A stretch of DNA of 64,000 nt from Dehalococcoidia bacterium (GTDB lineage Bacteria > Chloroflexota > Dehalococcoidia > Plut-88900): positions 1,024,001-1,088,000 of the forward strand of contig OZ240215.1 of the NCBI GenBank assembly GCA_965197585.1, in the 5' to 3' direction. Shown in pieces: positions 1-9,841 of the stretch (the first letter of the stretch is position 1; every line of letters starts with the position of its first letter). Both the position numbers and the translations under genes were made by a program. Below the pieces are notes generated by a model. The model had not been told where the DNA came from, ran no database searches, and worked only from the letters and a program-made list of their open reading frames with translations.

Positions 1-227
1 TCCACAGGAAGTGGCAGCTGTACAACGGGCTGCTGGTGGCAATCGAATACAAAGTCACCGAGCGCATCCTCTTCGGCTCCGACTTTCCCGTGATGACCAC
101 CATGGACGCGGTCAACGCCTTCAAGAACATCAACGACTGGGGCGAAGGCATAAACCTGCCCAAGATCCCTCCCGACCTGATCGATGAGATCATCTACAAC
201 CGCCCCTTCGACCTGCTGCGATTCTAA
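1..227 (+). CDS. Amidohydrolase (Amidohydro_2 family), C-terminal part; truncated by window edge
   Basis: ILFGSDFP motif; frame is open from the window start to TAA at 227. Confidence 0.75.
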   Translation, partial: HRKWQLYNGLLVAIEYKVTERILFGSDFPVMTTMDAVNAFKNINDWGEGINLPKIPPDLIDEIIYNRPFDLLRF

Positions 228-239
228 AGGAGACACCGG

Positions 240-1409
240 ATGACGAGTGGTAACCTGGAAGCGAAAGACTGGGCCTTTTCCGAAAGCGAGTACCGGGGCC
301 GCGTGGCCGGGGCCAAGGAAGCCCTTAAAGAAGCGGGCCTGGACTGCGCGGTGTGCGTCGGGCCGGAGCTTATCAACTACTACGCAGGCTACGACGCCCA
401 TACCTTCTTCCAGTTCCAGGGCCTGGTCTTCGGGCCTGGGGACGACGAGCCTACTTTCGTAATGCGGGACGTGGACATCGGGCGGGCGGAGGTCACGTCG
501 TGGGTATCGGATGTGCGGCTGTATCGGCACGGGGCTGAGGACCCGGTGGAAATGGTGGCCAAGGCGGTCAAAGAGCGCCTGGGCAGTGGCACGAGGGTCG
601 GGGCGGACCTGCAGGCCTACGCCTTCACGGGGATCCACGCCCTTCGCCTTAAGGACGCGCTCGGTTCTGCCAGCTTGGAAAACTTTTCCAACGGGCTCGA
701 TGGTGTGCGGCTTTCCAAGTCCGACGAGGAGATGAACTACGTCCGAAAGGCGGCGGCAATCGCGACGGCAGGGCTCGAGCGGGCCAACGCCACAGCGCGC
801 CCAGGCATCACCGAGATAGACCTCGCAGCGGAGATAGAATCAGCCATGCGCCAGGCCGGCAGCGAGTATCCGGGCATGCCGACGTGGATATCCTCCGGTG
901 CGAGGAGGATTGGGCACAAGACGGCGGACAGGAGAGTTATTGAGTCCGGGGATCTGATTTCGATGGAGTTTCCCGGCGTTTACCGCCGATATCACGCTGC
1001 CACGATGCAAACGATTTCTGTGGGAGAGCCGACGCCTGGGTGCCGAGAGGCCTACGGGATCGCGTTGAGGGCCTTGCGGGCCGGGAGCAAGGAGATCGCC
1101 ATTGCGAGACGGGTGTCGGATGCAGAGCAGGGTGCGGTCGACTCGCTTATCGCAGACGGGTTCGATGCCACGGTCAGGGCGAGGTTCGGGTACGGCGTAG
1201 GAATCGCATACCCGCCGACATGGCTAGAGACTCTCGACATAACGCTGGAGTCGGACCAGGTGTTTGAGCGCAACATGACCTTCGTCCTGCACACGAGCTC
1301 AAGCGACCCGGACACGGGTCAGCAGGTCCTGGTCGGCGGGGCGTACGCCGTCACGGACAATGGACTCGAAGTCCTTAGCGGGGGAGACTTGGAGCTAAAG
1401 GCCGTTTAA
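240..1409 (+). CDS. M24 Xaa-Pro peptidase fold, creatinase/ectoine hydrolase (DoeA)-like
   Basis: Creatinase-N-like start (SEYRGRV), LSKSDEEM and RPGITEIDLAAE motifs; RBS AAGGAG. Confidence 0.8.
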   Translation: MTSGNLEAKDWAFSESEYRGRVAGAKEALKEAGLDCAVCVGPELINYYAGYDAHTFFQFQGLVFGPGDDEPTFVMRDVDIGRAEVTSWVSDVRLYRHGAEDPVEMVAKAVKERLGSGTRVGADLQAYAFTGIHALRLKDALGSASLENFSNGLDGVRLSKSDEEMNYVRKAAAIATAGLERANATARPGITEIDLAAEIESAMRQAGSEYPGMPTWISSGARRIGHKTADRRVIESGDLISMEFPGVYRRYHAATMQTISVGEPTPGCREAYGIALRALRAGSKEIAIARRVSDAEQGAVDSLIADGFDATVRARFGYGVGIAYPPTWLETLDITLESDQVFERNMTFVLHTSSSDPDTGQQVLVGGAYAVTDNGLEVLSGGDLELKAV

Positions 1410-1501
1410 GGCCTTGTATCCAGCGGGGCTAATCCCCGCGCCCCTCTACCGTAGGTTCCTCTGCTTAAGCGGGAATTGCGGGAGAGAAAAGGAGCGGGAG
1501 G

Positions 1502-1873
1502 CTAGTTTTCCCACCGGTTGATTCCCGTGGAATCGGCAATTACCTGCCTGGCGGAGGTCAGCTTGGCCTCATCCGCACTGACGTCTGTCAGCCGATAGAC
1601 GAACAATGGCTTGCCGGGCATTCGGCATTGCATCTCGATGCATCTGTGGGCTTCTGTGCCAAACGCGGACATCCGGAATACAATGTGCTCGAAGAGATGG
1701 CTTCTCTTGGAACCCATGATGAAGAATTTCTTGTCGGCGATGGTTACGGTCTCACGGGCGCGGTCAAAGACATATTCGCGCCGGGACAATATGCCGTGAG
1801 GAGGTGTAACGGTGAGCTTGTCACCACTGGCGACGATAGTGCCGAAGGCCTCCTGAATGTGAGCATCAGCCAT
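1502..1873 (-). CDS. Hypothetical protein (123 aa)
   Basis: ATG with upstream AAGG, fills the gap between two genes; no motif recognised. Confidence 0.5.
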   Translation of the reverse strand: MADAHIQEAFGTIVASGDKLTVTPPHGILSRREYVFDRARETVTIADKKFFIMGSKRSHLFEHIVFRMSAFGTEAHRCIEMQCRMPGKPLFVYRLTDVSADEAKLTSARQVIADSTGINRWEN

Positions 1874-2004
1874 GTTGTGTTTGCCTTTCGCGAAAAAAAT
1901 GGTGTAGTCGGTGCGCGGGGATTTTATAGTAAGCAGGGGCGGTGGGCAAGGGTGGGGTAGAATAACTGCGCTGAAGCGACTTAAGGCAGGAAAAGAAGTA
2001 ATCG

Positions 2005-2484
2005 ATGAGCAACTCGGAACCCGGTGGCGTTGAGAAAGTTAGGGAGGCCCTTGTGGGGTTGGGGTATGGGTACTGCCCCATTGTACTTCCTAAGTCGGCG
2101 CGGACGTCTGTAGAGGCGGCAGAGGCCCTTGGCTGCGATGTTGCGCAGATCGCCAAGTCCCTGGTGTTTCGTGGCCGGGACTCGGGGCGGGGGGTCTTGG
2201 TGGTTGCGAGCGGGGCGAACCGGGTGGACGAAAAGAGGCTGGGTCGGACAATCGGGGAGAAGGTTGGGAAGCCGGACGCCGATTTCGTGAGGGAAGTTAC
2301 CGGGTTTACTATAGGCGGGGTGCCGCCCGTGGGACATACTAGCCCACTGGAAACGCTTATCGACGAGGACCTGCTCCAATACGAAGTGGTCTGGGCTGCC
2401 GCGGGCAATCCGAAGGCCGTGTTTTCGCTCGACCCGAAAGACCTGGAGTCAATGACCGGAGGTCGGGTGACCCAGATAAAGTAG
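2005..2484 (+). CDS. YbaK/EbsC aminoacyl-tRNA editing family protein
   Basis: QIAKSLVF, TGFTIGGVPPVGH and VWAAAG motifs. Confidence 0.9.
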   Translation: MSNSEPGGVEKVREALVGLGYGYCPIVLPKSARTSVEAAEALGCDVAQIAKSLVFRGRDSGRGVLVVASGANRVDEKRLGRTIGEKVGKPDADFVREVTGFTIGGVPPVGHTSPLETLIDEDLLQYEVVWAAAGNPKAVFSLDPKDLESMTGGRVTQIK

Positions 2485-2530
2485 GGACACGGGCTTCCGG
2501 GCCTTGCCACATGCAGCAGGGAGGCAACGT

Positions 2531-3511
2531 TTGAAAAGGCTAAAGGTCTTAGCGACCGGCGGCACAATAGCATACAGATGGGACGAGGCCAGTGGCGGAG
2601 CGATTCCCGCGGTGACCGGCGCCGACCTCATCGAGGCCGTGCCTCAACTTGCCGCATTAGCCCGGATAGACGTGCTTGAGGTGTCCAACGTAGCCAGCCA
2701 AGTCCTCGGGCCATCGGACTTTCTGGCCTTTGCCAAGGGATGTGAGAGAATCGCTGCCGCCGACGAAGCGGACGGGATAGTCGTAACCATGGGTACAGCG
2801 ACCTTGGCGGAGTGTGCGTACACGCTGCACCTGCTCCTGAAGCTGGAGATCCCGGTGGTCGTAACAGGCGCCATGCGGACCCATTCCCACCCCAGCCCCG
2901 ACGGGCCGGGTAACCTGCTCGATTCAGGGATAGCGGCGATTTCCGACGAGACTCGGGGGTGGGGGGTGTTGGTCTGCGCCAACGGGGAGATCCACGACCC
3001 ACGAGAAGTGGTGAAGAGCAATTCTACAGACTTGGCAACGTTCAAATCGCCGGAGTTCGGGCCGGTGGGAATGGTCAGGAATGGCATGGCAGTCCTCTTC
3101 CGGAGGCCAACCATACGGGAACACATCCCGGTGGAGGCTATTAACGCCAGGGTGTCGATAGTCCCTGCGATAGAGGGCGATGACGGCAAATTGGTGGATG
3201 CGGCAGCCGAGTTCTCGGACGGCATGGTTATCGTGGGATTTGCGCCTGGCTGCGTGCCTCCGGGGATGACCCCGGCTATAGAGCGTGCGGCGGCAAGGGG
3301 CAGGGCTATGGTCCTGGTCACCCGTTCTTACGGCGGGTCCCTCGGCACTGGGGTATACGCGAGGAGCCTTGGAGGTATAGAGCACCTGATGGAGATGGGC
3401 GTCCTGCCGGGCGGAAGTCTTCGTGCTTCGAAAGCGCAGATCAAGCTGACGCTGGCCCTCAGCGCCACCCGAGACCCCGCACGTATTAAAAATCTGTTCC
3501 CTAACATATAG
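2531..3511 (+). CDS. Asparaginase family amidohydrolase (divergent)
   Basis: ATGGTIA, PVVVTGAMR, DGPGNL and VVKSNS motifs; TTG start at 2531 chosen from the GGGAGG RBS. Confidence 0.85.
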   Translation: MKRLKVLATGGTIAYRWDEASGGAIPAVTGADLIEAVPQLAALARIDVLEVSNVASQVLGPSDFLAFAKGCERIAAADEADGIVVTMGTATLAECAYTLHLLLKLEIPVVVTGAMRTHSHPSPDGPGNLLDSGIAAISDETRGWGVLVCANGEIHDPREVVKSNSTDLATFKSPEFGPVGMVRNGMAVLFRRPTIREHIPVEAINARVSIVPAIEGDDGKLVDAAAEFSDGMVIVGFAPGCVPPGMTPAIERAAARGRAMVLVTRSYGGSLGTGVYARSLGGIEHLMEMGVLPGGSLRASKAQIKLTLALSATRDPARIKNLFPNI

Positions 3512-3535
3512 AGGCCTGAAATTCGGACACAGGAG

Positions 3536-4936
3536 ATGAGCATGGACCTGGTAATCAGAAGCGGGAACGTAATCACGGCTGAATCCAACTACACTGCGGA
3601 CATCGGGGTGCGGGGTGGGGTGATTGCACAGATCGGCGGGACGATGGACGCGCCAAGGGAGATCGACGCATCAGGTAAGCTTGTGATACCGGGAGGAGTG
3701 GACGTGCACGTCCACTTCGAGCCGGACGAGGGCCTGGGCCCCGATTGGGGAGGGATGGTGGACGGGTACTACTCGGGGTCCGCGGGTGCGGCTATCGGGG
3801 GCATCACCACCTTTGGAAACATGGTCGCGCCTCTGGGTGACGAAGGGGAGGGGGATGGAGGGGAGGGGTTGATGGAGATGCTGGAGCGCGCGGAAAAGTG
3901 CGCTCTAACCAACTCGGTGCTGGATTTCACCCTGCACCCGATCATCTATCACCCCACCCCCGACATCATTGCCGAGATGCCCAGGATGGCCGAGGCCGGC
4001 TACTACAGCATCAAGATATTCACCCTGTTCCAGTTCGACAGGAGGATCAAGCACTTCATAAACGCTATCGACGCTGCCCGACAGCACGGTATGATCACGA
4101 TGATGCACTGCGAAGACCAACCCATCAACGGCTATTTGGCCAGAAGGCTGATCGGCGAGGGTAAGTCCGGCATTCAATACTACAACGACAGCAGGCCCGA
4201 CTACGCAGAGGCCATAGCCACGGCCAGGGCCGTCGCCATTGGTCGGGCCACGGAGGCGAGCATCTACGTGGTGCATCTATCGTCGAAGGCAGCGCTGGAA
4301 GTCACCCGACGTAATCCCGTTGAGGGACAACGCGTGTACGTCGAGACCCGGCCCCTCTACCTCCACCTGGACGTCCGAAATTACGACGAGCCAAATGCGG
4401 AGAAGTATACGGGGTGGCCACCCTTGAGAGACCCGGAAGACGTCGAGGCCCTGTGGCACGGGGTAAATGCGGGGAACATCCACACGGTCTGCAGCGATCA
4501 TGCTCCTTGGAACTGGGACCAGAAGCTCAACCCCAAGCTGAACGTCAGCAATTTCCTTCCGGGAATGGCGAACCTGGAGACCATGCTGCCCATGCTCTAC
4601 GACGACGGCGTACGTACGGGTCGGATAACGGCTAACAAGTGGGTGGACCTGGTCGCTACCACCCCGGCCAAACTTTTCGGGATGTTCCCGCAGAAGGGAA
4701 CGATAGCCGTGGGATCGGATGCCGACATCGCGGTATGGGACCCGAATCGGAAGCGGACGATCAGGGGCGAGGAGATGGCGTCCAACGCGGGCTTCGATAT
4801 CTACGAAGGAAAAGTGGTCCGGGGCTGGCCCGAATACACGATCTCCCGCGGCGAAATCATCGTGGATAAGGGAGAACTGGTCGGGAGCCGGGGCCGAGGG
4901 CTGAGGGTGAAGCGTGGGCCGCACCAGCCGCTATGA
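3536..4936 (+). CDS. hydA: Dihydropyrimidinase / D-hydantoinase
   Basis: PGGVDVHVH, carbamylated-Lys region SIKIF, MHCE, VVHLSS, SDHAP and KGTIAVGSDAD motifs. Confidence 0.85.
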   Translation: MSMDLVIRSGNVITAESNYTADIGVRGGVIAQIGGTMDAPREIDASGKLVIPGGVDVHVHFEPDEGLGPDWGGMVDGYYSGSAGAAIGGITTFGNMVAPLGDEGEGDGGEGLMEMLERAEKCALTNSVLDFTLHPIIYHPTPDIIAEMPRMAEAGYYSIKIFTLFQFDRRIKHFINAIDAARQHGMITMMHCEDQPINGYLARRLIGEGKSGIQYYNDSRPDYAEAIATARAVAIGRATEASIYVVHLSSKAALEVTRRNPVEGQRVYVETRPLYLHLDVRNYDEPNAEKYTGWPPLRDPEDVEALWHGVNAGNIHTVCSDHAPWNWDQKLNPKLNVSNFLPGMANLETMLPMLYDDGVRTGRITANKWVDLVATTPAKLFGMFPQKGTIAVGSDADIAVWDPNRKRTIRGEEMASNAGFDIYEGKVVRGWPEYTISRGEIIVDKGELVGSRGRGLRVKRGPHQPL

Positions 4937-5758
4937 GACGAGGATTTCCAGTCGGCAATGGTCGCTGGGGCCCCACTCTTCGGGAGAGTTGAGAGCGCGC
5001 ACGCTTACGGAATCGGAGAATCCCTCAGAGGCGAACGCGTAATCCAATTGGAGGGTAGCGGTTGATGGACTCTGAGTGGAATGGTAGTAAGTAGGAACGT
5101 TCTTGCTATCGGACGGCATGTGGTCGGGCCAAGGGTCAGCCTGCCGCCCGTGGGGATCCTGAGGACCAACAAAGGAAAGTTTCAGCGATGCCATTCTGTC
5201 AAACACTGTCCGGTCACGAGCAGCCCAATACGGACTTCCCCCCAATCCGTAGCCGTGGAGGATGTTGAGGTCGCCCGCCGCTAATATGCGGTGTTTGTAT
5301 GGGTAAACATGACCGATGAACGTGGATAGGTCGGAAATGATACGGTGGGCGGAGGCGTCGGAGTATATCCAGCTGCTTTCCGCCGACGGATGAGGGTTCA
5401 ACCATCGGCCGTACATGGATACTGCTATGAAAGGATCCGCGCCATCCAGCGGTATGACCCTAGCCGCCGCCATGGTTCCGATATCAGAAACAACAATCTC
5501 GCCTTTTTTGGTTTCGTAAGCCGGAATGGTCGGAGTGAACCACTCGACCCGCACTCGATCCGATAATTTGACCACCAGGGGCCAACGGTCAAAATCCTTC
5601 CTCATCCAGGGTTCGCCTTGGCCGAATGCAACCGCTTCAGCTACTTCTGCTGGTGGTCGGCCCGCCTCCTGAAGTAGCGCGACATCCGCGTCCATTTTCA
5701 GGAGCTCGGGCCACGGGCTCTGCCGCCTGGCAATGTTCCAGCTGATGACCGTTATCAT
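4931..5758 (-). CDS. Endonuclease/exonuclease/phosphatase (EEP) family protein
   Basis: SWNI, LLQE, AGDLN, LDY and SDH motifs. Confidence 0.88.
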   Translation of the reverse strand: MITVISWNIARRQSPWPELLKMDADVALLQEAGRPPAEVAEAVAFGQGEPWMRKDFDRWPLVVKLSDRVRVEWFTPTIPAYETKKGEIVVSDIGTMAAARVIPLDGADPFIAVSMYGRWLNPHPSAESSWIYSDASAHRIISDLSTFIGHVYPYKHRILAAGDLNILHGYGLGGSPYWAARDRTVFDRMASLKLSFVGPQDPHGRQADPWPDHMPSDSKNVPTYYHSTQSPSTATLQLDYAFASEGFSDSVSVRALNSPEEWGPSDHCRLEILVS

Positions 5759-5777
5759 TTATGGGGGCCGGTCAAGA

Positions 5778-6395
5778 TCAGCTCTCGGAAATGTCTATGC
5801 TCTCGATGACGACTGGGTCAGCGGGTTTGTCCCGGGGCCCGGTGTTCACCTTGGAGATTGTTTCCACCACGTCATAGCCGTCTGTGACCTTGCCGAAGAT
5901 GGTGTGCTTGCCGGTGAGGTGCGGAGTCGGAGTGACGGTGATGAAGAACTGGCTGCCGTTGGTCCCGGGGCCCGAGTTGGCCATGGCCAGCAGGCCCGGC
6001 TCGGCGAAGGTTAGGGAAGGGACTATTTCGTCCTGGAACCTGTAGCCCGGGCCTCCGGTCCCCGTGCCGGTGGGGTCGCCGCCCTGGATCATGAAACCGT
6101 CTATCACCCGATGGAATATGACGCCATCGTAGAAGTTTTCTTTGGCGAGAAAGATGAAGTTGTTGACGGTAACTGGGGCATCGGAGGCGAAGAGCTCAAT
6201 TGTGACCTCGCCGTGATTGGTGTTGAGCTTGGCCGTATAAGACTTTCCGGCGTCTATGGACATTGCTGGGGGACTGCTGTATTGCGTGATGACTACTTCT
6301 CCTACTGTCGGGGTTGGGGGCTCGGAACCCGAGCAGGCGGAGAGGACGAACGCGGTCAAGGCCAGGGCAACAACTATCAGGGCCTTGATATTCAC
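5778..6395 (-). CDS. Cyclophilin-type peptidyl-prolyl isomerase, lipoprotein
   Basis: FHRVIDGFMIQGGDP, MANSGPGTNGSQFFIT and HTIFG motifs; GTG start with GGAGGA RBS gives a signal peptide ending in lipobox LSAC. Confidence 0.92.
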   Translation of the reverse strand: MNIKALIVVALALTAFVLSACSGSEPPTPTVGEVVITQYSSPPAMSIDAGKSYTAKLNTNHGEVTIELFASDAPVTVNNFIFLAKENFYDGVIFHRVIDGFMIQGGDPTGTGTGGPGYRFQDEIVPSLTFAEPGLLAMANSGPGTNGSQFFITVTPTPHLTGKHTIFGKVTDGYDVVETISKVNTGPRDKPADPVVIESIDISES

Positions 6396-6453
6396 GTTTC
6401 GTATCCTCCCTGGCGCTGGGGTCCGAACCAAATGCTGAAGGTATTCTCGAAAC

Positions 6454-6813
6454 TTAGTCCAGGATCTTGTTCTCGCCGGGGAGCAGGACGGAGATTTGCG
6501 AGAATGACGAGTCCTTGGTAGCGCCGTGCCAGTGAACCTCGCCCTGGGGGACGTGGACTACGTCGCCCAGAGAGACTTCATTCTCCTCCTCGTCAGTGGC
6601 GAGGATTCCGCGGCCGCCGGTGACCACGATCACCTGGTCGGACTCATGGGTGTGACGCTTGGTGCGGGCGCCGGGGCTGAAGACTACGTTGCCGATGATC
6701 AGGTGGTCGGACAATTCCTTGGTGACCATCCTCTGGGTCTCGACCGAGCCGACGAACATGGGGTTGGTCCCCTCGAGCTTCTTGTCCATCTTGTTCATGT
6801 TGAATACTTGCAC
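6454..6813 (-). CDS. Cupin domain protein
   Basis: HTHESDQ...GEVHWHGA motifs; GTG start with AAGGAGGA RBS. Confidence 0.85.
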   Translation of the reverse strand: MQVFNMNKMDKKLEGTNPMFVGSVETQRMVTKELSDHLIIGNVVFSPGARTKRHTHESDQVIVVTGGRGILATDEEENEVSLGDVVHVPQGEVHWHGATKDSSFSQISVLLPGENKILD

Positions 6814-6978
6814 GATTCCTCCTTCTTGGCGGGGCCTCGGTGATATGGATTCCGAGCGCCGGGGGTAATGTATTGACCTTTGCACCGGAATGCAAGACCC
6901 GCAACCCAAAAAAACCGAGCCGCGCCGGTCTCCATTCCGCGGCGGTCACTGCTGATACAATAGCCCGTGGAGGGCCCA

Positions 6979-8457
6979 ATGGAACCGGAATTAACAATAT
7001 ATGACGTGATAGTTGTCGGAGCGGGGAATGCAGCCCTGACTGCGGCTCTTTCGGCCAAGGAGGCCGGGGCCCGTGTCCTGGTCCTTGAGAAAGCACCCCA
7101 CGCAGAAAGGGGAGGAAACAGCCGATTCAGCGGCGGCCTCTTCCGCTTCGCCTATTCATCCGTCGAGGCGGTGAAGGGTCTATTGCCCGAAGGTGAACGG
7201 AAGGCGATGGTGGAAGTCGGCGAATACGGCGAAGACCGATTTTACGACGACCTGATGAAGGTGACCGAGGGAAAGGCTAACCCGGAGCTGTCCAGGAAGC
7301 TGGTGGAGGAGTCCCTGGGAACGATGAAATGGATGGCGCGACAGGGGATTGAGTGGGACTGGACGCACCTTTGGTCGGTAGAGGCGTCGGGAGGGGGTAG
7401 GAAATACAATCCCGGCAGCATTCTGGAGGCTAAGAATAAGGGAGTGGGGTTGGTGGCGGCGCTGTTTAAGGCAGTAGAGCGGGCGGGTATCGAGGTGCGG
7501 TACGGAACTGCGGTGATGGGGTTGGATGTCAGCCAAGCGGAAGGCTTAGTCAAACTTTGGGTGGAAGGAGAGAAGGGACAGAATGAATTGGTTGCCAAGG
7601 GCGTCGTATTAGGGAGTGGGGGCTTCGAGGCCAACGGAGCGATGCGGGCCCGACACCTGGGCCGCAAATGGGAAAACGTGAAGGTACGCGGCACGAGGCA
7701 CAATACTGGAGAAGTGCTCACGTTGGCTTTGGAAGCAGGAGCCTCGGAGGCGGGGCAGTGGGACGGGTGTCATGCCACCCCCATCGACGCCTTCGCTCCT
7801 GATGTCGGAGACCTGCGGCTCACGGACAGGACCAACCGGCTCTCTTACCCGTTTGGGATCATGGTCAACCGACGCGGGCGTCGGTTCTTCGACGAAGGAG
7901 AAGATCTGGGCGCCTATACTTATGCCAAGGCCGGAGGGCTGATCCTGGAGCAGCCGGGCGGAATAGCCTTCCAGATTTTCGATAGGAAAACTCTTCACCT
8001 GCTGGAGGCCCGCTACGAGACTGCTGAGCCCATAATGTCCAAGACCATCGACGAGTTGGCAGTGGATTTGGGGCTCGCGCCCCAGGGACTTCTCAAGACT
8101 GTCCGGGAATTCAACCTGGCAGTGGCCCGAGGCCCCTTCGACCCCTCGATCAAAGACGGCAACGGGACAAGGGGGATAGAACCGCGCAAGTCCAACTGGG
8201 CCCTCCCCATCGACTCTCAACCCTTCGCCGCATATCCCGTGACCGGGGGCATAACCTTCACCTTCGGTGGGTTGAAGATCGATACGGAGGCGAGGGTATT
8301 GGACACCGGCGGAAGCCCTATGCCCGGACTGTACGCTACCGGTGAGATAACGGGAGAGTTCTTCTATCACAACTACCCCGGCGGGTCGGGGTTGATGAGG
8401 GGGGCGGTCTTCGGGCGAATAGCGGGAAGCAACGCCGCCTACTACGCTCGAGGTTAA
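6979..8457 (+). CDS. tcuA: FAD-dependent tricarballylate dehydrogenase TcuA-like flavoprotein
   Basis: VGAGNAA, RGGNSRF, GGFEAN, GITFTFGGL and YHNYPGGSGLMRGAVFGR motifs. Confidence 0.8.
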   Translation: MEPELTIYDVIVVGAGNAALTAALSAKEAGARVLVLEKAPHAERGGNSRFSGGLFRFAYSSVEAVKGLLPEGERKAMVEVGEYGEDRFYDDLMKVTEGKANPELSRKLVEESLGTMKWMARQGIEWDWTHLWSVEASGGGRKYNPGSILEAKNKGVGLVAALFKAVERAGIEVRYGTAVMGLDVSQAEGLVKLWVEGEKGQNELVAKGVVLGSGGFEANGAMRARHLGRKWENVKVRGTRHNTGEVLTLALEAGASEAGQWDGCHATPIDAFAPDVGDLRLTDRTNRLSYPFGIMVNRRGRRFFDEGEDLGAYTYAKAGGLILEQPGGIAFQIFDRKTLHLLEARYETAEPIMSKTIDELAVDLGLAPQGLLKTVREFNLAVARGPFDPSIKDGNGTRGIEPRKSNWALPIDSQPFAAYPVTGGITFTFGGLKIDTEARVLDTGGSPMPGLYATGEITGEFFYHNYPGGSGLMRGAVFGRIAGSNAAYYARG

Positions 8458-8470
8458 GACCAGAGGCGCT

Positions 8471-9832
8471 ATGAACGAGACCCGGCAACTGGCCGAATTC
8501 GTGCACGACACCGGTTACGATGACTTGCCTAAGGATGTCGTAGACGCCTGCAAGGTCTTCCTGCTGGACAACCTGGCGAGCGCGTTGGTCGGGGCCCGGA
8601 CCCCGTGGGCCGGGATGGTGAGAGAGTTGGCGGGGGAGAGCGGTGGAAATGGCTCATGTTCGATACTCGGAACAGGAGAGACGGCCTCGGCCTCCTATGC
8701 GGCGCTGGCCAACGGCACGGCAATCGCCGGCTTCGAGACTGATCAGGCATTCTATCCGGGGTCGTGCCATCCTGGGGCGGTAGTCCTCCCTGCGCTCCTT
8801 GCCGTTGCTCAGAGCCAAGTTCTTGACGGCAGGCGTTTCATGGAAGCGTTTGCCGTGGGATACGAGGCGGTTTGCCGAATAGGACTGGCAGCAGGTCGGG
8901 CGGTGGAGGATAAGGCGGGCTTTCATGGGCCGGGGACCAATGGCCCCTTCGGCGGGGCGATGGGTGCGAGTAAAGCGATGGGGTTGGGGGTGGATGGGTT
9001 GGTGAATGCGCTGGGCATAGCGGGCTCGCACGGTGCGGGCTTGATGGAGTTCGCCAAGGAAGGGGCTATGACCAAGAGGCTCCACCTTGGGAGGGCGGCA
9101 CAGACGGGGCTCGAGAGCGCGCTGCTGGCCGAGAAGGGGTTCACGGGACCAAGCACCGTCCTTGAAGGCGAACGGGGATTCCTGAACGTCTACTCTCCGG
9201 CTCCGGACCCCTCACAGTTGACCAAGGACTTGGGCAACGAGTGGCTGCTATTCGACATAAGCTGCAAGAGCTATGCCTGCCATATGTCCTTTCATCCCAT
9301 TATCGATAGCGCGGTGGAATTCAAAGGGAAGTCGGGAGTCGGGGCCGGGGAGATAGAAGGCGTGAAGGTGGTCACGAACCCGACAGTGGTGAGGAAGCAC
9401 GGACAAAACGCCCCGACGACGATTCTCGGGGCGCAGTACAGCCTGCCCTTCTCCCTTGCAATAGCCCTTGTCGGAGACATCAAAGACCCCGCGACCTTCA
9501 ACGAGTCGACCCTCTGGGACGAAGAGGTCAGAGCATTGGCGGGGCGAGTGGAATTGGAAGCCCGAGAGATGAGGGATGGCCCGATGGCGGAAGTCACCAT
9601 CAAGTCGGTGGCGGGGGAGCACAGGCTGGAGGCGAGAGACTGGAAGGGCGCCCCAAGTAATCCCTACACATTAAGCGAAATGAACGAGAAGTTCAGGACC
9701 TATGCCTCGGGGTCGCTTTCGGAAGAGAGAATCGAAGAGGTGATTGGCACGGTGGAGAAACTGGAGGATGAGAGGGACGCGGGGAGGTTGGCCCTGCTGC
9801 TTACGCCTGATGTATCGGGTGAGACTTGCTGA
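8471..9832 (+). CDS. MmgE/PrpD family protein
   Basis: AALANG...HPGAVVLPALLA, GFHGPG, GFTGP..VLEG and K.YAC motifs. Confidence 0.9.
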   Translation: MNETRQLAEFVHDTGYDDLPKDVVDACKVFLLDNLASALVGARTPWAGMVRELAGESGGNGSCSILGTGETASASYAALANGTAIAGFETDQAFYPGSCHPGAVVLPALLAVAQSQVLDGRRFMEAFAVGYEAVCRIGLAAGRAVEDKAGFHGPGTNGPFGGAMGASKAMGLGVDGLVNALGIAGSHGAGLMEFAKEGAMTKRLHLGRAAQTGLESALLAEKGFTGPSTVLEGERGFLNVYSPAPDPSQLTKDLGNEWLLFDISCKSYACHMSFHPIIDSAVEFKGKSGVGAGEIEGVKVVTNPTVVRKHGQNAPTTILGAQYSLPFSLAIALVGDIKDPATFNESTLWDEEVRALAGRVELEAREMRDGPMAEVTIKSVAGEHRLEARDWKGAPSNPYTLSEMNEKFRTYASGSLSEERIEEVIGTVEKLEDERDAGRLALLLTPDVSGETC

Positions 9833-9841
9833 GGACGAGAC

